From the NCBI GenBank assembly GCA_016926395.1, contig JAFGOT010000014.1:1-64000 (forward strand): a DNA stretch of 64,000 nucleotides. Direction: 5' to 3'. A program made the translations under genes and the position numbers. The number at the start of each line of letters is the position of its first letter. The stretch's first letter is position 1. Below, piece after piece: positions 20,018 to 29,498 of the stretch. The notes under the pieces were generated by a model. The model searched no databases. It was not told the origin of the DNA and saw nothing but the letters and a program-made list of their open reading frames with translations. This stretch comes from Candidatus Woesearchaeota archaeon. Its GTDB lineage: Archaea > Nanobdellota > Nanobdellia > Woesearchaeales > SKGA01.

Positions 20018-21763
20018 ATGGTTAATAAATTAGGTTTTATTCTATCAATTCTAGTCTTAATTCTACTATCATCAAGCTTTGCATTAGCAGAAGATGTTTA
20101 TTTGGTAAATTCTGAAAATTGGGTTGATGTTTATAGTGGGATGTTATCTTCAGGACTTGAAGGTGGAAGAGGATTTTTTATTAACTCAGAAACAATAACT
20201 GGACTAACTCAAGTAATATCCGAAGATGATACAATCCACCTTTACCAATCAGAACTGGCTCCTTTTATTCCTAATCTTGATTCTCAACTAAGTTCCTTAG
20301 GATATGATGTTGAAGAGAGATTAATTTCTAATAATATGAACAGAGACTTGGACCCAAAAACAGGTAATTATTATTTAGTATCTCTTGACAATCCAAGAAT
20401 AACTTCTAGTCTTGCACCTCTGGCAATAAAAGAGAATGCATGGGTTTTAGTTGTTGATATTGAAAATGTTGATGAAATAGTAAACAAAATATCAAATGCA
20501 CAAGATGTAGTTGCAGTGGGTAAATTTCCACGAGACGTTCTTGTAAAAATACAACCATATCTTGATGAACACATTGTTAATGACGATATTTACAAAGACA
20601 GTCAAGCAATAGCTGACAAGTTAGGAGATTCGCAAAATTATGTGTTAACTGACGGGGCTTTCATTGAATCCGAATTTTTCTTAACAAAAAATCCTGTTCT
20701 TCTAACTGGAACAAATAAAATATTAACTCACACATTCAACTATTTACAATCAAAAGACGCAAAAGCAGTTGTATTAGTTGGAAACGAACTTAGTGTTGTA
20801 GGCGAACAAATAAGAACACAAAGTAACAAAGAGATTAGCGTGTTTGTTAAATTCGGTCAAGGCGACACCGGAGAATCTGGAAAGGTTTATGCTCTTTCAA
20901 CATTCCCTCTGCCTGGTTTAAGAATTGGTCTTGTCGCTCAACAAGCAATATATGATCCATCAACTAAAGAATTAATTGTTACATTCAAAAACATTGGTAA
21001 CTCTGGAATTTATGAGTTAACAAATTTACAGATAAAAAATGACGAGGAAGAGTTAGCAACAACTGCAGGAAACGAAATAACCTTTATTGCTGCAGGAGAA
21101 TTACTTCCAATGGTATTTCCAATGGATATTGATTTAGCTTATGTTACTGACGAAACAACAGTTGATCTTTACACCACATTTGGATTAAGCCCAAAAGAGC
21201 TTGATACTTTCTTAACAATGCCTAATCGTTACACTCCGCCTTACACAATGCCTCTAACAGTAAAAGAAATAGAAGATGATGATTCTGTATTATATGTTGA
21301 AGACTCTTCATATTATCAAAATCTAAACAGAGTAGGTGTTGCTATAACAAATCCAGGAGACAAAGAAGTTTATTTCACTATAAAAGTTCAAGACATAATA
21401 GTTAACGGTCTAAAAACAACATTATCAAAAGAAGATTCTATAAAACCAGGAGAAACAAAAAAAGTTTATCTACCTGCAAAATTGGATCCAATAGACTTAG
21501 ATGATAACAGCATATTTGATATAGTAATTAATTATGGAAAACAACCAGAATTCCAATTCAAAGCGATAAGGGTAGAGCAACCATTTAAAGTAGTGAGTGG
21601 TGGTAGAATAACTGGCTTTGTAACTGGCCTTGGCGATGGCAAACCAGGAAATTGGGTTGCAATAATCGCTGCAGTGTTGGTTTTATTTGTACTTATTAGA
21701 ATTGTAAAACATAAGTCAAAAAAAGAAGAAATTAAAACTTCCACCAAAAAAAGTAGAAAGTAA
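20018..21763 (+). CDS. Membrane-anchored surface protein with cell-wall-binding-repeat-2-like N-terminal region
   Basis: Signal peptide; three alpha/beta units ending in motifs such as VVAVGKFP, PVLLTG and AVVLVGNELSVVG; Ig-like C-terminal half; TM helix and basic tail. The CWB2 resemblance is by eye only. Confidence 0.55.
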   Translation: MVNKLGFILSILVLILLSSSFALAEDVYLVNSENWVDVYSGMLSSGLEGGRGFFINSETITGLTQVISEDDTIHLYQSELAPFIPNLDSQLSSLGYDVEERLISNNMNRDLDPKTGNYYLVSLDNPRITSSLAPLAIKENAWVLVVDIENVDEIVNKISNAQDVVAVGKFPRDVLVKIQPYLDEHIVNDDIYKDSQAIADKLGDSQNYVLTDGAFIESEFFLTKNPVLLTGTNKILTHTFNYLQSKDAKAVVLVGNELSVVGEQIRTQSNKEISVFVKFGQGDTGESGKVYALSTFPLPGLRIGLVAQQAIYDPSTKELIVTFKNIGNSGIYELTNLQIKNDEEELATTAGNEITFIAAGELLPMVFPMDIDLAYVTDETTVDLYTTFGLSPKELDTFLTMPNRYTPPYTMPLTVKEIEDDDSVLYVEDSSYYQNLNRVGVAITNPGDKEVYFTIKVQDIIVNGLKTTLSKEDSIKPGETKKVYLPAKLDPIDLDDNSIFDIVINYGKQPEFQFKAIRVEQPFKVVSGGRITGFVTGLGDGKPGNWVAIIAAVLVLFVLIRIVKHKSKKEEIKTSTKKSRK

Positions 21764-21818
21764 ATAGCTGCTGTTCCCAAACGGTAACTTTTTATTTTGG
21801 TTTATTTTTCTTATTCTC

Positions 21819-22829
21819 ATGTTATTAAAAGAAAATTCTAGTGATTTTTGTGTCTACGAAATTATTGATGAAAGCTTATTCAGTGATGAACCTACAAGAA
21901 CTCATCTTTACATTCTAAAAAAAACAAACTATACAACAGAACGTGCTGTATCTCAAATAGCAAGAAGCCTTGGAGTTCCAAGAAAATTTATTGGTTATGC
22001 AGGAACAAAAGACAAAAATGCAGTAACAGAGCAATTAATATCAATAAAAGGAACAAACAAAGAGAAAGTTGAAAATCTAGAACTAAAGGATATAGAACTA
22101 AAATTTGCAGGCTATTCACATCATTCATTGGCTCTTGGAGATTTGATAGGTAATCGATTTGAAATAGTTATAAAAGAGTTAAGTAAAATTCCTGAAAACA
22201 TTCCTGAACAGTTCATTGTTCCAAACTATTTTGATGAACAAAGATTCTCAACAAATAATGTTCAGGTAGGTTTATCTCTGATAAAAAAAGATTTTAAAGG
22301 TGCAGTGGAGCAAATAGCTGAGACCGACGAGGATTTTAGAGACGGAATAAAAGCACACTTAGAAAAGCAACCAAATGACTTTGTGGGTGCTTTTAGACTA
22401 CTGCCAAGAAAAATAACTTTATTTTATATTCACGCACTTCAAAGCAAACTATTTAATGATTTACTGGCAAAAAGAATTGACGGAGTGTCTTGGAAATATA
22501 GTCAAGGTGAATTCAAATTCTTTAAAGAAGTGGTAAATAAAAAGCCATTTGATAAACTTCCTTTAATTGGGTACTTATCTAAATTAGATGAAGAGGACAA
22601 AAAAGTATTAGAACAATTTGATATTGTTGCAAGAAACTTTTTAATCACTTCTTTGCCCGACTTAAGCTTAGAGGGAAGTGAGAGAGAAGCTTTTTTAGAA
22701 GTTAAAAACTGCAAAGAAATTTCTAGAACTGATGATTCGATAACTCTTTCTTTTGAACTTGGAAAAGGAAGCTACGCTACTATTGTAATAAAACAAATAC
22801 TAGCGATGAATGGGATTAAAGATGATTAA
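21819..22829 (+). CDS. truD: tRNA pseudouridine(13) synthase TruD
   Basis: GYAGTKDKNAVTEQ (catalytic Asp), GNRFEI, PNYFDEQRF, FELGKGSYAT. Confidence 0.93.
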   Translation: MLLKENSSDFCVYEIIDESLFSDEPTRTHLYILKKTNYTTERAVSQIARSLGVPRKFIGYAGTKDKNAVTEQLISIKGTNKEKVENLELKDIELKFAGYSHHSLALGDLIGNRFEIVIKELSKIPENIPEQFIVPNYFDEQRFSTNNVQVGLSLIKKDFKGAVEQIAETDEDFRDGIKAHLEKQPNDFVGAFRLLPRKITLFYIHALQSKLFNDLLAKRIDGVSWKYSQGEFKFFKEVVNKKPFDKLPLIGYLSKLDEEDKKVLEQFDIVARNFLITSLPDLSLEGSEREAFLEVKNCKEISRTDDSITLSFELGKGSYATIVIKQILAMNGIKDD

Positions 22830-23529
22830 AGGATTACTATTTGATATGGATGGCGTAATAATTGATAGCGAAAGATACAATGACAAATCTTGCGAAGAAC
22901 TTTTAGCAAGTTTTGGAAAACCATATGATCGAGATTATTTGAAACCATTAATGACTGGGAAGTCTGATGTGGAAGGGATGGAAATATTAGCTAAACATCA
23001 TAATTTACCAATAAGTGGAGCAGAGTTTAACCGAATAAGACTTGAAACAAAAGAGAAAGCATACGAAAGTCACATCCCTTTTGTAGATGGATTTGAAAAT
23101 TTCTTTAAAAAAATAGTTGATTATTTTAATTGTCCAAAATGCATAGTTACTGCGGCTAATGAAAATTTTGTAAATCATATAGATAAACGACTTGGAATAG
23201 GAAAATTATTTGACAATAATTTATTTAGAAGTGATATGGTTGAACATCATAAACCTGCACCTGATCCCTATATTTATGGAGCAAAACAACTTGGTGTTGA
23301 TTGTAAAGATTGTTTGGTTTTTGAAGATTCTCCTTCAGGAATTGTTTCGGGGTGTAGAGCAGGTTCTAGAGTGATTGCGATAACAACAACATTTTCAAAA
23401 GAAGTAATACTAAACAATATTGAAAAAATAGATCGTTCTGTAAATGTAAATAATATATTATTTATTGATGATTTTAGCGATGAATCTTTAACGAAAGTAA
23501 TTAAATTTGCAGAAACTACAAATTCTTAA
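22810..23529 (+). CDS. HAD-superfamily phosphatase (beta-phosphoglucomutase-like)
   Basis: FDMDGVIIDSE, KPAPDPY, VFEDSPSG. Confidence 0.9.
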   Translation: MGLKMIKGLLFDMDGVIIDSERYNDKSCEELLASFGKPYDRDYLKPLMTGKSDVEGMEILAKHHNLPISGAEFNRIRLETKEKAYESHIPFVDGFENFFKKIVDYFNCPKCIVTAANENFVNHIDKRLGIGKLFDNNLFRSDMVEHHKPAPDPYIYGAKQLGVDCKDCLVFEDSPSGIVSGCRAGSRVIAITTTFSKEVILNNIEKIDRSVNVNNILFIDDFSDESLTKVIKFAETTNS

Positions 23530-24154
23530 CCTGATTAACAATAAATTCTCTCTGTGTATTAAGGTCTAAATCTCCACGAAGCTGGAGATATGAAATTCCT
23601 TTTTCTTTGAAGAAATTTATAATTGGAGCAGTATGCTCATGATAGGTCTCTAATCTTTCTTTGATTACTTCAGGTTTATCATCTTCACGATGAATAAGTG
23701 CGTGAGAACAAACATCGCAAACGTTTTCTTGTTTTGGCTTTTTACTAACCAAATGAAATGTTTCCCCACAATTAGGGCAAACTCTTCTATCAGATAATCT
23801 TTTAATAATAACTTCATCTTCTAAAAAAACTTCAATTAAACCTTCAATTTCAACATTTTTAACAAGGTCGTTTGATTGAGGGATATTTCTAGGATATCCA
23901 TCAAGCATAGCACCACTTGATTTGATATCTTCTTTAACAAGTCTATTATCAACAATCTTTTCGATCATTTCATCAGAAACAAATTTTCCTGCATCAATTA
24001 AAGCTTTAATCTCTTGTCCTAACTGGTCACCCTTTTGAATTTGAGCACGAAGAATATCGCCAGTAGAAACGTGAATTAAGCCTAAATCACTCTCAACAAT
24101 TTTTGAAATAGTTCCTTTACCCGCTCCTGGAGCACCTGTGATAATATAAATCAT
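23516..24154 (-). CDS. adk: Adenylate kinase (Zn-lid type)
   Basis: GAPGAGKGT P-loop, HVSTGDILR, LDGYPRN, CxxC...CxxC lid, REDD. Confidence 0.95.
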   Translation of the reverse strand: MIYIITGAPGAGKGTISKIVESDLGLIHVSTGDILRAQIQKGDQLGQEIKALIDAGKFVSDEMIEKIVDNRLVKEDIKSSGAMLDGYPRNIPQSNDLVKNVEIEGLIEVFLEDEVIIKRLSDRRVCPNCGETFHLVSKKPKQENVCDVCSHALIHREDDKPEVIKERLETYHEHTAPIINFFKEKGISYLQLRGDLDLNTQREFIVNQVKNL

Positions 24155-24217
24155 GAATTACACCTATGTATCTAAATAGAAAGAGCTACTTTTTAAAATT
24201 AATCATCTTTAGGGGCA

Positions 24218-24410
24218 AATGCGTTCCTCCATGCGTGGTCGTTTTTTGCTTTAACACCAAATTATTTCTCTATGCACCTTTTCACGCAAAAGCTGCACCA
24301 AAATCGTGTGTAGAGAAGTAAGTGCACCGTTGGTAGCACTTTTTTTATTGTTAGTTGAATGTGTTTCTCCATGCGTGGTCGTTTTTTGCTTTAACACCAA
24401 AAAACTTCTC
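24218..24410. repeat. Direct repeat (~53 bp, period 140) duplicating the 3' end of the XPD gene
   Basis: 24227-24261 is identical to 24367-24401 (35 nt CTCCATGCGTGGTCGTTTTTTGCTTTAACACCAAA), with near-identical flanks. Confidence 0.9.
24272..24339. repeat. Dispersed structured intergenic motif, copy 1
   Basis: 27-nt core ATGCACCTTTTCACGCAAAAGCTGCAC matches 47054-47080 at 26/27 positions; both copies are followed by GGTAGCAC. Confidence 0.8.
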
Positions 24411-26306
24411 AATCATTTCAGGATATTTATCAACGCTTATTTTCATCTTCCAAGTTGGAGGGAAACAACGATAATAATTTTGCCAAGTAAAACGTTCATC
24501 AATGAAAATTATAACTCCTTTATCTGTTTCGCTTCTAATACATCGACCAGCGCTTTGAATTAACAGATTAAACGCGGGATACACATAACCATAGTCCCAA
24601 CCAGCACCAAATTTTTTATCATAATAATCAATTAAAGCTTTGGTTTCTAGGTCTGGACGTGATAATGGAAGACCAATCATGGCAACAACTTTTAATTCGT
24701 CGCCTGGGAGATCAATACCTTCGCTGAAATTTCCACCAATAACTCCTAAAAGAACTGCGCCTGTTTTTTTATACTTTTTAAAATTCGCAATTGTTTCTTC
24801 TTTCTCAGAACCATTCATTTCTTGACGTTCATGAAAAACGGTTTTTTCAATCTTTGAAAGATATTTATCAATTTCATCTTTTAGATGATAGCTTGGAAAG
24901 AATATTGCACTATTACCTGGAGTTGTATTTGCAATATTAGTAACTATTTCTGCAATTTCTCTATATTGACTTTCTGAACGTTTAGTGAATTTGGTTGAAG
25001 TTTTGGCAATAACCATATTAAGACGATTTTCCTCAGGGAAAGGAGATGGAAACGTCTCTTCACGAGCTTCTTTTGGAAATCCAAGAAGTTCTTTGTACAT
25101 AGTAGTGGGGGTTAAAGTTCCGCTCATAACAATGGTTGAGTGAGCTTGATCAATAACTTCTTTAGAAATAAGGGATGGATCTAAACAACGATAGGATAGG
25201 GTGATGTTCTCTTGACCGTTTCTTTTTTCACGACTAATAATTCTTGTAAAACCTAAATCGTCACCAAGCCAAGCATCAAGAAAAGAAGCAATACTGCCAA
25301 TAGCGGATTGTTTTTGTTCTTCACGAATATTATCGGCAACATTATAGAACTCTTCAATAATCTCTTGATAGTTAATTATTTCATTAATGCGTTTTATGAA
25401 AATTTCTTTATTAACATAAATTTCATCTTCTCCATCAGGCATCATGTTTGCAAGAACAGAAGCAATACGTTCGATAACAGTTCCAACATTTTCATAGTTA
25501 TATTTCTTAGCTTCTCCCATTGCACGTTTTAAAATTCCCATCGATATTTTTTCGGAAGCTAAATCTTTAATACGGCTTGGGAGATTATGACCTTCATCAA
25601 TAATTATTATTGAGTCATGAAGATTAATGTCATTTTTTTTAAGAAAATTTTCTCTAATCTTAGGATGGAACAAATAATAATAATCGGTAATAATAACATT
25701 TGACTTTGCAGCAAGAAGCATGGCAATCTCATAGGGACAAACTTTATGATTCCCTCCAATTTCAACAATCTCTTCAACAGTAACTGGACTTAGGTTGTCA
25801 AGTTCAGACATTGCAACCTGTGAATCAGCACTTAGAGCTTCGCCGTTTTTTAAATTTTCAAAATATTCGCACTTTTTATCTTCACGCATAGCACGACAAT
25901 ATTCATTAAACTCATTAGTTGCAAGAATAGAAACGCCTGGTTGAATACACATCCATTTCTTACCAACAATATCTGTGCCCTTAATTTTAATATTCTGTTT
26001 TGAAGAAATTTCTTTAAGAGTTTGAATGGCAATACGATGTTGAGTGTTTCTTGGAGTTAGAAAAAAAACTACTTTATTATTATCGAGAGCATACTTTAGA
26101 GTTGGAGCAATACTTGCAGCAGTTTTACCAAGGCCTGTTGGAGCGTGAATGATTGCATTTCCTTTTTTCTCAATTTCCTTAAGGATAGATTTAATCATTT
26201 CTTCCTGAATTGGACGCATAGAATCATAAGGAAAAAGAATGTTATGTTCAAGTTTTTTAGAAGGTTCTTTAATAAGTCCTGTATCTGGATCACGCTGTTC
26301 AAACAT
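24351..26306 (-). CDS. xpd: XPD/Rad3-family Fe-S 5'-3' DNA helicase
   Basis: Q motif (MRPIQ), APTGLGKT, Fe-S Cys set (C..C..C..CPYE), DEGH, MSGTL, FSEGID, QSAGRCIRSETDKG. Confidence 0.93.
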   Translation of the reverse strand: MFEQRDPDTGLIKEPSKKLEHNILFPYDSMRPIQEEMIKSILKEIEKKGNAIIHAPTGLGKTAASIAPTLKYALDNNKVVFFLTPRNTQHRIAIQTLKEISSKQNIKIKGTDIVGKKWMCIQPGVSILATNEFNEYCRAMREDKKCEYFENLKNGEALSADSQVAMSELDNLSPVTVEEIVEIGGNHKVCPYEIAMLLAAKSNVIITDYYYLFHPKIRENFLKKNDINLHDSIIIIDEGHNLPSRIKDLASEKISMGILKRAMGEAKKYNYENVGTVIERIASVLANMMPDGEDEIYVNKEIFIKRINEIINYQEIIEEFYNVADNIREEQKQSAIGSIASFLDAWLGDDLGFTRIISREKRNGQENITLSYRCLDPSLISKEVIDQAHSTIVMSGTLTPTTMYKELLGFPKEAREETFPSPFPEENRLNMVIAKTSTKFTKRSESQYREIAEIVTNIANTTPGNSAIFFPSYHLKDEIDKYLSKIEKTVFHERQEMNGSEKEETIANFKKYKKTGAVLLGVIGGNFSEGIDLPGDELKVVAMIGLPLSRPDLETKALIDYYDKKFGAGWDYGYVYPAFNLLIQSAGRCIRSETDKGVIIFIDERFTWQNYYRCFPPTWKMKISVDKYPEMIEKFFGVKAKNDHAWRNTFN

Positions 26307-26411
26307 AGAATAAAACAGAAAAGAGCTTAGTTTAAAAAGGTTATGAGGGTTCGACCACTGTATTCTTAGGATGTTTTACATATTTGGGAAAAGAACGAGG
26401 GGCGAGATAAT

Positions 26412-27119
26412 TTACTTTTTCTCTTTTAATTTTTGATTGTATTTGTCTACGTGGGTTTTGATTTGTTTTTGAGCGTTCTCAAACCATTTACTTGCGTTAC
26501 TTTTCGCTTTTTTTGTATCTTCTTCTATTTTAGAAAGATGTTGTTGAAGTTTGATAGAATAATCGTTATTCGCAGCCACGGGGTCCTCAAGAGTTTGACC
26601 ATATTTTTGAAAAAACATTGAGGCAGTAAGGGGTTGTTCGCTCTTAGGATCAGGTTTTTCAGCAGCATAACCAACAGTTATAATGGCTTCAACACGAGCT
26701 TTACCTTCCGCACCAAATAATTTATCAACGCCTTCTTGATTAAATCCTCCAACCCAACAAGTATCTAGATTCATATCTTTTGCAGCCAAGAGTATGTTTT
26801 GAGTTGCAGCTGCAGCATTTTGAGTTGAAAAAACATGACGACCACGTTCACCAAACCATTTAGCTTGAACTTGTGGTTGTGAACAAACAACAATAACTGC
26901 AGGAGCTGTTGCAATCCAGTATTGGTCCATGCAAAGCTCTGGAAGTTTGTTAATTATTCCTTGTTCAGTGCAAACAATAAATCTTAAGTCTTGCAGGTTA
27001 CCTGCAGTAGGAGCTTTAATGCCCATTTCAACAAGAATCATCAAATCTTCTTTATCAATAGTCTTTGATTTATACGAACGAATACTACGACGAGAAACAA
27101 TTGCTTTAATTACATCCAT
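26412..27119 (-). CDS. Nitroreductase-family flavoprotein with C-terminal coiled coil
   Basis: IVSRRSIRSY, APTAGNLQ, AATQNILLAA...LDTCWVGGF. ATG 27119 overlaps the upstream TAA; the ORF-track start at 27149 is probably too early. Confidence 0.9.
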   Translation of the reverse strand: MDVIKAIVSRRSIRSYKSKTIDKEDLMILVEMGIKAPTAGNLQDLRFIVCTEQGIINKLPELCMDQYWIATAPAVIVVCSQPQVQAKWFGERGRHVFSTQNAAAATQNILLAAKDMNLDTCWVGGFNQEGVDKLFGAEGKARVEAIITVGYAAEKPDPKSEQPLTASMFFQKYGQTLEDPVAANNDYSIKLQQHLSKIEEDTKKAKSNASKWFENAQKQIKTHVDKYNQKLKEKK

Positions 27120-27481
27120 TATCGCAACCTCGCACCACACATATGGCAAAAATTAGATGTTGAATAATTTCTAGAACGACATTTAGAGCAAAGGATTATT
27201 GTTTTTTCACCGACAGGGGGATTAGTAACAGAAATATTTGTGAATTGATTAGCAACCTGTTCTTCTTCTTTTTTTAAACTTGGCTTATCTTTGCTCATTA
27301 AATGTTTAATAAGACCAACAACGAAGAATAAAAAACCAATGGCTGCAAAAACATACATAAGGTCTTTGTTAGTATCTGGAACTGTCCAAGTAATGAATAA
27401 AGCGTAGAGAGCGATAGCTAAACCTAAAACGATGAAAACGATTGGATTGATTGGTCTTTTAGGTCTAGGAGGTTTATCCAT
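27119..27481 (-). CDS. Small two-TM protein with C-terminal zinc ribbon
   Basis: Two hydrophobic helices; CSKC...NFCHMCG. Confidence 0.75.
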   Translation of the reverse strand: MDKPPRPKRPINPIVFIVLGLAIALYALFITWTVPDTNKDLMYVFAAIGFLFFVVGLIKHLMSKDKPSLKKEEEQVANQFTNISVTNPPVGEKTIILCSKCRSRNYSTSNFCHMCGARLR

Positions 27482-27491
27482 TTTATTTCTC

Positions 27492-28151
27492 TTATGCGGC
27501 TTTTTTTATTTTTTCAAGGCCTTCTTCTAGCTCTTGTTCTTCTTTTTTGATTTTAACTTCAAGTTGAATGATTGCTTGTGTTATTAAATAAACTTGTTTA
27601 AGTTGAATCAATGCTCGTCCAACCATTGCTAAAGCGTCCATTATTTGAGATTTATTGTTGAATTTACTATCTGAAAGAATAGTTAGATGGTATAATGCTT
27701 GTTTAATTGTGTGCTTGTTATTTTCAATAAGTTCAATAACTCTTTCTTCGTCCCTAGTGATTTCTTTTTCTTCAACAGTGAGGATTGTTATTTTTTTAGC
27801 TTCGTCACCAGAAGCGTCTTTAGTTATTTTTAGACGATGGTCTTTAAATCGAGAGATTGTTTTTTCACCTAATTTTTTTATTTTAGCATCTTTATCTGTG
27901 ATGTGTGCTAAATCCCTGATTATGTGTTTTGCTTCGTTTTGAACATGTTCCATTTGGCCAATTTGTTCAATGTTTTGAATATTTTTGCTTAGGTTCTCAA
28001 GAAGTCGAGAGTTGTGAAATAATTCAGCAGCTGGTTCTTTAAGTTCATTAGCAACATCAATTTGACTTTCAATTGAACTTAACGCTTTTTTATTTATTTC
28101 AATAATTCTTTTAAGCATTTTTTCCATAAACAATACTTTATACCTTTTCAT
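27492..28151 (-). CDS. Coiled-coil hypothetical protein
   Basis: 219-aa helical, charged ORF; start may be the downstream ATG (MEKMLK). Confidence 0.6.
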   Translation of the reverse strand: MKRYKVLFMEKMLKRIIEINKKALSSIESQIDVANELKEPAAELFHNSRLLENLSKNIQNIEQIGQMEHVQNEAKHIIRDLAHITDKDAKIKKLGEKTISRFKDHRLKITKDASGDEAKKITILTVEEKEITRDEERVIELIENNKHTIKQALYHLTILSDSKFNNKSQIMDALAMVGRALIQLKQVYLITQAIIQLEVKIKKEEQELEEGLEKIKKAA

Positions 28152-28259
28152 TTAAAAACGTTTCCAGTTTGAAACGAGGGCTAATTTATATTTAACAATA
28201 ATTTTAAATACTTCAAATTACCAGAAACACTAAGAATTAAGGCTTATGAGGGATTTTAG

Positions 28260-28634
28260 ATGGGAATCGATTTAACTCCAAGGTGCGTGAAATGCGGACG
28301 AGAATTAGACGTTACACAAATGAGAGCTTTACCAGACAATAAAGGGTTTGTTTGTAAAAGCTGTTACGAACAAGGATCTGCCCCCCCCTCGCCATTTACT
28401 GTTAACAAAGACAGATTAAGACCTATTCCCAATGAACCAACTACTTCTAGAAAAAGAGATGATGACTATGTTGCTAGGGGAGATGACATATTTAACCAAA
28501 AAGAGTATGTTTGTAATTCTTGTGGTTATCAATTCAAAAAAAGCTCTGACTTTGTGGTAAAAGTTTGTCCCTACTGTGGAAAACGAGATGTAGGACAAAA
28601 AATAGAACAAAACGCAGACATATTATTGGATTGA
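28260..28634 (+). CDS. Double zinc-finger protein
   Basis: CVKC...CKSC and CNSC...CPYC. Confidence 0.75.
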   Translation: MGIDLTPRCVKCGRELDVTQMRALPDNKGFVCKSCYEQGSAPPSPFTVNKDRLRPIPNEPTTSRKRDDDYVARGDDIFNQKEYVCNSCGYQFKKSSDFVVKVCPYCGKRDVGQKIEQNADILLD

Positions 28635-28720
28635 GGAAAACTTAATCTGCAACGGTTATACCGCGTATATTCTTTTTTTTTATAAAAACATTTATATATA
28701 GAATTTATTAGATTTAAAGC

Positions 28721-29497
28721 ATGGTGTGCGGTAAAAAAGGTCAAATTACTTTGTTTGTAATAATTGGAATAATTATTCTATTAGTTGCTGGTGTATTTAT
28801 TTATACTGGGAATCGTGTTAATGGTTCTGACTTTGTTGATAGTATTCTTGATGGTAGAAACGATCGAAGTTTAGAAGGGTATGTGCAAAGTTGCATGTCG
28901 ACCGTTGGAAAAGATGCTGTGATGCAGATAACACTCCAAGGGGGGTATTATGAATTAGAACTGCCATATTTCAATGCATACTTACTAAGTTCTCCTTATT
29001 ATCTAAACGAAGGTTTAGTTGAAAACATACCTAGTATAGACACTGTAGAAAGTAACCTTGCAAAATACGTTTTTGCAAACCTTCACTCTTGTGTTGGCGA
29101 ATTTACAGGAGTAAAAAATTATGAACTGATAAACATGACTGCACCAACAATTGATGTGCACATCGAAGCTGATGGAGTAACTTTTGTAGTTGATTATGAT
29201 GCATATTTTAATGATGGAGATAATATTAAAGAAATACAAGCAGTAACTTATAAATATCCCGTTAGAATACCAACATATCTTAATATATCTAAATTATTGG
29301 TTGAAAGTTATCTTTATGATCGAGAAGTAAATTATGATGATTTACTTGAAATTTCTGGAGAATATAATATTGACATATTAACATTTGACTATGGAAATAG
29401 CATGTCGTTTGTTTTAGTAGACAAAAATAAAGAATACTATTTTGAGGATGATAAACCAGTGATATATACCTTTGCAATAGAAGGAGGGATGATATAA
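28721..29497 (+). CDS. Pilin-like protein with class III signal peptide
   Basis: KKGQ^ITLFVIIGIIILL N-terminus; TATA-like TTTATATA just upstream. Confidence 0.75.
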   Translation: MVCGKKGQITLFVIIGIIILLVAGVFIYTGNRVNGSDFVDSILDGRNDRSLEGYVQSCMSTVGKDAVMQITLQGGYYELELPYFNAYLLSSPYYLNEGLVENIPSIDTVESNLAKYVFANLHSCVGEFTGVKNYELINMTAPTIDVHIEADGVTFVVDYDAYFNDGDNIKEIQAVTYKYPVRIPTYLNISKLLVESYLYDREVNYDDLLEISGEYNIDILTFDYGNSMSFVLVDKNKEYYFEDDKPVIYTFAIEGGMI

Positions 29498-29498
29498 A

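Noticed and set aside
24218-24410. Possible mini CRISPR array (35-nt identical repeats)
   Set aside because: Only two copies, one lies within the XPD coding sequence, the spacer is about 90-105 nt, and no cas genes are present.
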